Origin: Blepharisma stoltei ATCC 30299
Taxonomy: Eukaryota; Protista; Ciliophora
Length of the DNA: 64,000 nucleotides
NCBI GenBank assembly: GCA_965603825.1
Contig: CBFDEM010000013.1
Span: 372,001-436,000, forward strand
Reading direction: 5' to 3'
Position numbers and translations under genes: made by a program. Of this stretch, positions 26,384-36,707 are shown one piece after another; the stretch's first letter is position 1, and each line of letters opens with the position of its first letter. The notes beneath the pieces are model-generated. The model did not search any database, was not told the DNA's origin, and worked only from the letters and a program-made list of their open reading frames with translations.

Positions 26384-29300
26384 ATGGAAGAGCATCTTCT
26401 CCAAAATGAAGCTGACAGAAGAAGGTCTACATCTGTTGTAGCAACAGAAAGGACATTTCAAATTCCTCTTGTCGAACCTCCTATTATGTTTATCCCAAAT
26501 ACTATTAGCACAAGCAAATACAATTGTCTGACATTCCTCCCTAAAAATTTATATTATCAATTTCACAAATTAGCGAACGTTTATTTTTTGGTTATTGCAG
26601 TTTTACAAGTAATTCCTGCGATTTCTGTGTCAAGTGGTATTCCCACTATCTTATTACCTTTAATTTTTGTGATGACAGTAAGTGCAATAAAAGACTTCGT
26701 GGAAGACCGAAAGCGTAAAAAGTCAGATCAAGAAGAAAATTCAAGGAAGACCCAAATAAGGGCTGGTAAAAGCTGAAGAAAAGTCACCTGGCAAGAAGTC
26801 AGGGTTGGCGACATAATCCGCGTAAACAAAGATGAGTATTTTCCTGCGGATATCATCATATTAAATTCAAGTGATTCGAAAGGAATTTGCTATATAGAAA
26901 CCAAAAACTTAGATGGTGAAACAAATTTGAAGCACAAATCTGCAAATAAAGATACCCAAACTTATTTTAATAATGATTCAATGTTCGATGGAATTACAGC
27001 AACGATAAGATGTGAAGGACCAAATCCAATGATTTATCAATTTAATGGATTATTAACAATTCTTGACACAGTTTTAGTATTAGCTACCGAGCAGCTTTTG
27101 CTAAGAGGGAGTTCTTTGAAAAATACAGATTGAATTACTGGAATTGTTGTTTATACAGGCCATGAGTCAAAAATTATGCTTAATTCCCCACGAGCAAGGG
27201 CAAAAAATTCTAAGCTTGAAAATCAAATGAATAGGCAAATTATTTACATTTTCTTTTTGCAATTAGGCATATGTGTTTATGCAGCTGCATATTATGCAAT
27301 ATGGTTCAATTTGTCAAAAAGTGACACATATATGTACTTAGAGCTTGAAGAAACCTATAATAATGCTGGTATCCAGTTTATACTTCAATTTTTTACTTGA
27401 ATGCTTTTATTTACCAATTTTGTTCCTATTTCTTTATTAGTTACTCTCGAAATGGTCAAGTTCTGTCAAGCTATTTTTATATCATGAGACTTAAAACTAT
27501 ACTATGAACCCACAGATACCCCTGCAAAAGTTCAAAGTTCCAATCTTAATGAAGAGCTTGGGCAGATAAATTACGTTTTTTCTGATAAAACTGGAACCCT
27601 CACCTGTAATATTATGGAATTCAGAAAGTTCACTATTGGGGGAATTAGTTATGGAACAAATCAAAGGGTTCCTCAAAACATAAAAATCCCTCACGTAGAT
27701 TTTGTAGACGATCATTTCGATAAAACTTCGTCAGCTGCTTATGATTTTTTGATGCATTTAGCCTGCTGCCATACAATTATTACAGAAGAGAAAGATGGAG
27801 TAATTGAGTATAAAGCAAGTTCTCCAGACGAACTAGCTCTAGCAAATGCAGCTAAGTTTTTTGGGTATGAGTTTATGGGTAGGGACCAAGATTTGAATAT
27901 GAATCTAAAAGTTGGAGGAAAAGACGTAAAAATAAATGTGCTGAATGTTATTGAATTTAACAGTGACAGAAAAAGAATGTCAGTAGTAGTTAGGATGCCT
28001 GATAAACGTATCAAAGTGTTATGCAAAGGAGCAGACTCGATTTTATTGCCGAGAATCAGAAAAAGTGATACTATTGAGCCAACTTGGGCTCATTTAGAAG
28101 AATATGCAAACGAAGGGCTAAGAACATTAGTGCTGACTTCAAGGGACTTAACAGACTCTGAATACTTGGCGTGAAACGAAAAATACACTGAAGCTCTCAG
28201 AGATATTCATAATAGGGAAAAAAGGATTGCTGAAGTCAGTGAAGAAGTTGAAACAGAGCTGACTCTTCTAGGAGCAACTGCAATTGAAGATAAGCTTCAA
28301 GACCAAGTTCCTGAAACCATCCAATTCTTAAGAGATGCTGGAATCAATGTTTGGGTACTTACCGGCGATAAGGTTGAAACTGCTATAAATATTGGATTTT
28401 CGTGCAATTTAATTACATCTGAAATGATCAGAATTATTGTTCAGAGCGCAAAAACTCAAGAAGTCCAAGAAGAGCTGCAAAAAGGCATATTATCAACTAA
28501 GGCTGGATATGGAGCAAAGTTCGTGCTTGTGGTTACTGGAGACGCTCTGATTAAGGCTATGAGAAACGAAATAAAGCCTTTGCTAATGGAGATCACTGAT
28601 AGGTGCAATGTAGTCCTTGCGTGCAGAGTTAGTCCACAGCAAAAAGCTGATATTGTTAAGCTCATCAGAAATTCCAAGGTAAATATTCGCACTTTAGCGA
28701 TTGGCGATGGAGCAAATGATGTCAATATGATAACCGCAGCTCATGTAGGCATTGGAATATCAGGGCTAGAAGGTCAGCAAGCTGTTAGAGCTTCAGACTA
28801 TGCTGTTGCTCAGTTTTCTTATTTGAAGCGGCTCATGTTCGTGCATGGCAGAGAATGCTACAGAAGGAACGCTACTTTGATCTGCTACAACTTCTACAAA
28901 AACGTGTTACTTGCAATGCCTGTTTTCTTTTATGGAATGTTTTCAGTCTACTCTGGGCAGCTCCTTTACAACCAATGGACTTATCAGGTGTTTAATCTGC
29001 TCTTTGCATCACTCCCAATTGTAATTTACGCTGTCTTTGATAAAGAAACTGAATATGAGATTCTAGAAAATGACTCGAAGCATTACAAGCTTGGTCTAAG
29101 AGGAAGACTATTCACCACGTCAGCATTTTGGTTTTGGATTTTAGAGGCAGTTTTACAAGGTATGGTGATCTGCATGATTTCTCTTAATGCTATATGCACT
29201 GTTTCAGGAGAATGGGAAAGTGGTCGTATGGATTCAATGTATGTTTTTTCTGTTCTCGTCATGGGTCTTGTGATCATTGTTGTGAATGTAAAGATTGTCC

Positions 29301-29816
29301 TTTTCTCCTATATCCATTTTTGGTTTTCTTTGGCCATTGTTGCTATTAGCATTCTCCTCTACTTTTTTGTGTCAGCAATTATAACGGAGTGGCTTCCAAT
29401 GGCTTCATACCTTGATAACTATGACTCCAATAATAGCACTTCAAGGATGTTTAAGAACCCAAACTCTTATCTTTCATTAATTCTGGTTACTTATTTCTGC
29501 TTTTTCTTGACCCCTCTATTATATAAAAGCATTGAATTCGTAAATGTGCTCAGAGGAAAACTTGGAAAAGTTGCTGATGTCGAGCTGCCTGAAAATCTGA
29601 GTGAAATGGATATTGAAGAGGAAGAAGAAGAGACTAGAGATAAAGTCCTTAATGAATTACCAATTGAAGATAAGCTGAAAGCTCAAGAAACATTGAATTA
29701 CTTCAGAAGAAGCTGTAAGTTCTATTTTAGATACGGGCTTTGCGTTCAGTGGTGATGCTGGACATGTGCCTCAATTAACAGAGAATTTGATTCACAGAAC
29801 TTCAATAGGATGGTAG
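26384..29816 (+). CDS. P4-type ATPase (phospholipid flippase); 16-nt intron at 29715-29730
   Basis: ETKNLDGETNLK, FVPISL, DKTGTLT, SSPDELAL, FNSDRKRMS, TGDKVETA, IGDGANDV; spliced tail RRSYTGFAFSGDAG..-TAG. Confidence 0.95.
29715..29730 (+). other. 16-nt intron GTAAGTTCTATTTTAG
   Basis: Removal restores the conserved P4-ATPase C-terminal GFAFS motif. Confidence 0.88.
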
Positions 29817-29884
29817 AGCTCATTTATAATTTCCTATATTTTAATATGGATTTAGAAATATTGAAATTAATTTACAAATATGCA

Positions 29885-31081
29885 TTAATTTTCTTTGTTC
29901 TCTCTTCCTTTTATAGATTTAGGAGCATTATGCTCGCATTTATCCAAATCAATATGACTATTTGAACTCTGCAAAACTCCAGAGAATTTCATCCATGGGT
30001 CATCTCTTATTTGAGAGCACGTTGGCCTTTTATTTCAATCAGTCTGCAAAATTTTTCTTATCAGTGATTTTGCAAAAAATGAGATCCCAGTTGGCTCTTC
30101 AAAATTTCCAATCAATATATTTTTATATACTTCTTGGTCAGATTTGCCTCGGAATGGATAATTTCCACATAGAAGCACGTATAAAAGCACACCTAACGCT
30201 CATATATCTGCTGATCTTCCATAATACTCCCTCCTTGCCACAATTTCAGGTGCCATGTAGCTTGGAGTTCCACAAAAAACTGTGTTCTTTTTATCACTTG
30301 ACGTGTAGGTTGAAAATCCAAAGTCAATCAGCTTGACATTATTAGATTTATCAATCATGATATTTTCCAGCTTAATATCCCTGTGAGCAATAAATAATGC
30401 ATGGCAATAATCTATGGCTGATAATATTTGCCCAAAAATTCTCCTACCTTCACATTCATTGACTCGTCTATTGGGAAGCGCTTTGAGATATCTATGGAGG
30501 GACATCCCTCCAACATATTCCATAATTATATATATTTGGCTTTTTGTGTCTATAAATTCTTTCATTTTAATAATAAAAGGATGATTTAAAGTTTGCATAA
30601 TCATTATTTCTTTTTTGACGTTTCTTTTTTTATGAGGGTCTACCAGTTTGCTTTTTTCATAAATCTTGGCGGCATATCTGGCTTGTGATGGAATATGAAG
30701 TGCTTCTTTTACAACTGCATAAGATCCGATGCCAAGTACCTTCCCAAAATCATAAAAATCAATAGGGTCTTTAGCGTTTTCATCTTTATTTGCAGAGCCA
30801 TGATTTGCTACATGGCTAGTGGAAACAGGTGTTTTAGATCGCTTTTTTATTATCAAAGTTGGTTTGGAGTTTCTAGGAGATGAAAGTTTTAAAATGCGTT
30901 TTGTTTCAAAGATGTTTATGTTTTTAGCTCTCTTTTCATTATTGTTACTTGGAGTGCGCTCTGATGTTGTGTTTGTTGGGGTCAAATTGAATGTTATCAT
31001 TGTTTTACTGAAAATATTTCTTGAAATTGGTTTCAAATTGTTGACTCTATTCTTAGTTTCTAACGGACATTTTCCTTGCAT
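29885..31081 (-). CDS. CAMK-group (SNF1/MARK-like) Ser/Thr kinase
   Basis: LGIGSYAVVK, HRDIKLEN, DFGFS, CGTPSYMAPE, SADI-W(TGA 30200)-ALGVLLY; TAA 29885. Confidence 0.92.
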
Positions 31082-31239
31082 TTTTAATTTTAAGTTATTA
31101 TGAATTTGGCACAAAATATGAATTCTGATCTAATCATTCGTGCTCAATGCTTAGTAAACTGCCAAATTAAAATATTTATAGATCAATATTCAGTTACATA
31201 AAATTCAAAGAAATAAAATAATTTGATTTTTAAGGCTCC

Positions 31240-32424
31240 TTAGTTTGACATTATCACGTTATCGAGCAGGAGACAGAAAAGCGCTGCTGTTACTATACCC
31301 AAGTTGTTGAAGCACAAACTGACATTAAAAGTTGCTTCCTTTAGCTCTTTCGGGAGCTTCTTGGTATTCAAAATCAAATAAGCCACATTCACGTAGCTCA
31401 TTCCTCCCATGCATCCGACCCAAATTGACAAAATAAATTCTCCCCACATCGTTAAAAACAAAAACTCAGCCTCGAACCACCACAAACAAAAATTAAAGGC
31501 TTGCAAAGCTGTAACAATTCACACTTGTGGCACTTTAAAGCACTTCAAAGACGACCTTGAGAACAGCACTCCAATTTGATAGCAAAACTGTATTATAATA
31601 AACGCATTTTCTTTAAAAAAGCTTCCATTATCCGAATATTTTAATGTTGCTCTGTCCGCGAACCCAGTAATCACACAATATTCTAAAAAATATACACTCC
31701 CTAAATTAACTGCCCAAAATCCGGCTTCAGCCCAAATAATTGGGATTTGACTTCGAGAAAATAAGGCATTTCCTGTTTCTGCTGAGATTTTCCCTATTTT
31801 TTCAACACTATTATTTTCCGGATTTTGTTCAACAAGTGGGATGCTTTTTATTGAGTTTTGTTTCTTGCTCTTCTTATAAACCCAGAGAAATCCTAGCCAG
31901 TAAGGGATTAATAAAGGAGTGACTATTAAAAAAACTTGATAGTTTTCCAAACTTACTGCTCGGAAAATTAGCCATGCTCCAGAGCCAGCAACCCCAGCAA
32001 AGCCTGTGCCTGATGAAAATCCAACAATATACTCACTTGGAAACGACTTTTGGAAGGCAAGATTAATGCATTCTCCCCAGGACTGAGACATCCCCATCAA
32101 AAGTGTTGCCAATAAAGCTATTGGAAATCCCCAGCTTCCATTTGCGGCAGAACATATAGCCATCACTCCGAAAGATAAAACCATCGAGCATGCAATAATA
32201 GTAACTCTGAGCATGGTGTTCATCCCCACGAGGTATCGGAAATTCACAGCAAGCACTAATAAATTGCAGCAAACCAGCATAAATTGGAACAAAGGCATTA
32301 AATTTTGTTCTCCAAAATGTGTAGCGATATCTTGCGCACCGACTCCTATCATAACATATCCTAGGTTGTTTACCAGTCCAATTACAAACAAAATTGAGAA
32401 GTGCTGCCAAAAATCTATATTCAT
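31240..32424 (-). CDS. CLN3: Battenin/CLN3-family membrane protein
   Basis: GLVNNLGYVMI..AQDI, FSSGTGFAGVAG, VYFLEY, YQIGVLFSRSS, GCMGGMSYVN; joined via TGA 31519. Confidence 0.9.
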
Positions 32425-32474
32425 TTTATTTATAGGTGATCCTGTGAAATTTCATAATTATTTCTTAAGCTAAT

Positions 32475-33506
32475 ATGGCTTCAGTCAATAAGAGCATGTC
32501 TGCGCTTGCCACTTTGGTTTTCAGAATGCAAAATGACCCTCTAGGGCCTAAAATGATCAAGACTCTCGAGCCAATTTTTATTAAGCACAGAAGGAAAATG
32601 TCTCATATTGATCTTAGCTATATTGTAAAGCCTTATGCAAATAATCCTTGAGTTTCAGATGAAATGAAGCAAGCAATAATCCAAAGTACTATAGAATTAA
32701 AAGAAAAACTTGAGCCTTTTAATATCATCAATATTTTCCCATGGGTGTCAAAATTTGAAAATACACAGAATTTATTTGTTGTTTTTCAGGAAAAAATGCT
32801 TTCGATTGATTGAACTCCAAAAGAAATTGCTATTCTGCTAAGTGCTTATTCTAAAGTTAATGGAAGCACATTTCTGTGAAAAAATATGGAAAGAAATATT
32901 CTAAGCTTAAAGAATCAATTAACCTCATATGAAATAAGTGATTTCCTCTTTAGCTATACTAAGAAAAAAATAAAAACTCGGCTATTTGATGAATTAAGAG
33001 ATATTGTGATGAAAATCCCATTTAAATCTAATGATGCAGTCTACACAATGCACTCATATATAAAAAACGAACACTATGATGTTTTAATAATTGATAAACT
33101 ATCAAGAGAAATTAATCTCAACGAAATTTCTCTCAAAGAAGTATGCATACTTTATGCTTCTGTTCTGAACTGCCTAAGATATTTTAATGAATTGCCAAAA
33201 GCTGCCAAAAACACAAATATAGAGGAGTTCACCAAAAATATCAGTAATTTTACAGTCGAAATTGAGACATTGATTCGTAAAAATTTGAAGATCTTTCATA
33301 TAATTGATCTATTATCAATCCTTGAAGTGGTCGACAAATATAGCAGGCCAATTTCAATTAAATCTATAGCACAATCAATCTCATCAGCAGATCAGCTAAA
33401 AGGGGATCTTTCAATTAAAGGATTTGAAACTGTAGCCAATATCCTTGCCAAAAACAATCTCCCTATCCCAACACCATTAATAGACATAATTTTTACTTTA
33501 ATTTAG
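32475..33506 (+). CDS. Helical-repeat protein (HPR/OPR/FASTK-like), possibly organellar RNA-binding
   Basis: Frame open from ATG 32475 through three TGAs. Units of about 35 aa: MSHIDLSYIVKPYA, LEPFNIINIFPWVSK, WTPKEIAILLSAYSK, LTSYEISDFLFSYTK. Confidence 0.6.
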
Positions 33507-33552
33507 TAAAATTTCGTGTTTAATTAAATTTACAAATACCAAATTTAGGGTC

Positions 33553-34899
33553 TTATATATTGTAAAAATCCTCGTAGCAGAAAGTAGGCTTTTCAAAAAT
33601 CTTTCCTTTTGCTGGTTCTTGATTTAATATTAATGATTCTGTTGGTTGTTGATTCATTATTGGTGACTGAACTAGCTCTTGATCAATTAATGGTAACTGT
33701 GTTGAAGGAGAAAGTATGGAACCAGCACTTCTTGCTCTATTTTCAGGACGAAGTCTAATGAGTCCGTCAACGACTTCAATGTTGGCATTGTTAAACTTGA
33801 TTTCATTAATAAACCGCCTTTCTTCCTCCAAATAGTCTAGTTGATCACTTCCTCGTTTATATTTTTCATTGAATTCATTAACTATCTTTACATGCTTCAT
33901 CAAAGAGTCTCTAACTTCCTTAAACTTTTCGTTAATTTCTTCAAGCTGTGAGGAATCTCTTTTTCTATTTATTGGTGCTAACTTATTTTTTAAAGTTTTC
34001 ATGATGCTCTGCCAATTTTCTTTTGCTTCAGTCTTTTTCATTTGCAGTAAATATTTTTCGATTGTATTGATTATTGAGCTTATTTTCAGCCCACTGATGT
34101 TTTCAATGATTTTATAAATACACTCGGAATTGATGTCTTCATCTTGCTGGATCATGGCACCAATTTTACCAATTTGATTATAAGCTCCTCGAGGATATGC
34201 AGTGGCAATTCCACCTTGACTTTTAACATCATAAATATCATCAAGTTCTTCAAGTAAGTGCTTCATTTTGTCTGGGACATTTTCTAAATCAAGGCTCCTT
34301 TTTCTTTTTAATTCTATATTTTGAGACTTGGAGGCTGGAGCATTATTGATTAAATTATGGAATTCTTCAGCGCTGATGACGTAGTAACCTTCTTTTTCGG
34401 CATTTCAAAATTCCCGCTCTCCATCAATTGAAATATGGCCTTCATGTTCATCATCAATGAAGTCGTCATCTAAATCATACAAGTTTTCGTTTACTCCATA
34501 AGAACCGCTACTATAGCTTTCTTCACTTCCTTCTAAGTTTCCTTGACTGTTTTTATTTTCATTGCTTTCTCCATGCTCTTCCATCGGTGTGTTCAGTTCA
34601 AAGTTCTCATCAATTTTCTCAATTTTGCTTCTGTGCTGTCCAATTTTTTTAGAAAGTGCTAAATACCCATATTTTTCTAGCCTTTCAATCAGCCCTTGCA
34701 TAAAAACAGGATAAGAGTGAGATTCTTCTGATTCATCTGAAGAAGAATCAGAAATATCATGCTCTTTATTATATTCTTCGACTAAAGATGCATAAGAAAC
34801 GACTTTATTTTTCGAGAGATCAATTTTGAAAGAATAAGAAAAGGAGTTTTGTGTGCTTGCTTCACTGCCTTCATTAGTTTCTTTCTTTTCAGAGTCCAT
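33553..34899 (-). CDS. Ubinuclein/Hpc2-like (HUN domain) histone chaperone subunit
   Basis: LIERLEKY..NLYDLDDDFIDDE..EGYYVISA spans TGA 34405 and matches the HUN pattern YDxxDxFIDD..GF/YY. Confidence 0.68.
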
Positions 34900-35116
34900 A
34901 GTTTAAGCCAGAATTTTAAATTTACCATTTTAGTTTAGCGCTAAAATGCTTAATCCTTAAAGAATTTATAAATAAATTGTTTAAAAGTATTTCGTATTTT
35001 AATCTGATATGATGAAATCGCTAATTTGATTAAGAAAATTATTAATAATATTAAAAGACACTGATTATTAATAGTATCATCAATTTTAATTTTTTAAATT
35101 AATAATAAAGCATTAT

Positions 35117-36190
35117 ATGCCTATAATTATAAGCATGGAATATCTAATTGATTTAAATAGAGGATCTCTAAGAACAATTTTTCAGATCCACAGTAGCGAG
35201 AAGCAAACTATTTCTTATAATGAATTTATCAAGTTCTGTACTATAGTGAGGATCTATCCAGATATGCTTTCTTCATTCGAACTAAAAAGACTCGTAATGA
35301 AAACTGCTAATTCCCACACTTACATTGACAGAAAAGTAGAGCTCGGTTACCTTCAATTTGAAAAGTTATTAGTTCTGATAGCTGAGCATTGCTTTGATGG
35401 GATCCAAACAAATGAAAAACTAGGTCTTATGTTCATGCATATAAAGAACCCATGTAAGCAAAACTATCAAGTTGAAATTTTTACAAGCCCTGATAACTAT
35501 TACCCAAAAGAAGACTTCTCTCCAATCACAATTCAAGCTCTTAGTCACTCAATTGAAAGGCCAGGGATCAAAACTACATCCTTTATTAAATCTAATGGCC
35601 ATCTTGGTGAATCAACCCATGAGCATATCAATGAATCTTCAATAAAACGAGTCATTAACAAATCAGCATCACTAAAAATTCCATTTAGCAGCATGGGTGC
35701 TTTTAAAAATCAAAGCATTTTGAGTCCAAAATTCATTCAACCGACGCCAAAAAATATAAATAAGAAAGTCAAACAACTTTATGCGTTAATTTCTCCACGG
35801 AACAGTTCATCAAGAAACATTTCATCTATTTCTCCTAAAAACAAGAATGAGAGCAGCATTTCCATTGACCACTCAGTCATGTCAAATAAATCAAAATCTA
35901 TAGTAGATTTATCGAAACTTCCAAGTAATCTGCACATCAGCCCAGAAGCAAATTCCATACAAAAATCGAATGACAAAGATAAATTGGATCAGTTAAAGAG
36001 CGTCTTTTTAAACTTTAAGTCGAATTTCGAAGAGAAAAAAGCGATAAAAAGACCCTGCATAGGAGCTCAAATGCAAACTTTCATAAAAAATATCCACAAA
36101 AGGAGGTATGAGTCTGTAAGATTTATATAGAAAATTGTTTTGAAATTTGCTTTTGAAAACTGGAAACTGAAAGCAATGCTAAAAGGTTAA
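35117..36190 (+). CDS. Hypothetical protein with N-terminal EF-hand/p25-alpha-like domain and Ser-rich tail; 15-nt intron at 36116-36130
   Basis: ISYNEFIKFC..IYPD..LGYLQFEKLLVLIA; spliced end KIVLKFAFENWKLKAMLKG-TAA. Alternative ATG at 35135. Confidence 0.7.
36116..36130 (+). other. 15-nt intron GTAAGATTTATATAG
   Basis: Consensus match with A at position 10; removes an in-frame TAG and adds 19 codons. Confidence 0.8.
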
Positions 36191-36219
36191 TTATATATTT
36201 TAAGAATAATTTTATCAAA

Positions 36220-36663
36220 ATGGAAGAAATGAGCAAAAATCTTTCAAGCTTATCAGAAGCTCTTGATGACATAACAAACCAAATTCAGCCACTTTTTGAG
36301 CATGAGTCCCTTTCCCAACTGAATCTCCAACTCACTCCTGAAGATTCTCTCAAAATGAACACAGCAATTGCATATACTTTGCATTCTCTATACTATATCC
36401 TTCTAAAAACTCAAGGAAATGATCTCAGCGATCACCCACTAAAAAAAGAAATTGATAGAGTCAAAGAATATGTTTCAAAGGTTCAAAAATTTTTGTCTTC
36501 ACCCACTCCTCCACCAACGAGGATTGACAAGCAAGAAGCTGCAAGATTAATCACAGCTAACATAGAGGGAAAAGGAAGAGTATTCAAAGGAAGCACTCCT
36601 TTACCCCAAGCAGGCCATTTGAAGTGGAAAGAAGATGTTGATAGAATTCTCGGAAAGAAATAA
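36220..36663 (+). CDS. C1D: C1D/Rrp47 (Sas10/Utp3/C1D family) exosome cofactor
   Basis: AYTLHSLYYILLKTQG..HPLKKEIDRVKEYVSKV..RIDKQEAARLI. Confidence 0.82.
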   Translation: MEEMSKNLSSLSEALDDITNQIQPLFEHESLSQLNLQLTPEDSLKMNTAIAYTLHSLYYILLKTQGNDLSDHPLKKEIDRVKEYVSKVQKFLSSPTPPPTRIDKQEAARLITANIEGKGRVFKGSTPLPQAGHLKWKEDVDRILGKK

Positions 36664-36707
36664 TAAACACAGTTTTCTTATATGATTTATTTTCAACTAT
36701 TTTCTAA

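Noticed and set aside
35009-35064. ATGATGA..CTGA pair resembling a C/D box snoRNA
   Set aside because: Very AT-rich interior with no recognisable guide sequence or terminal stem.
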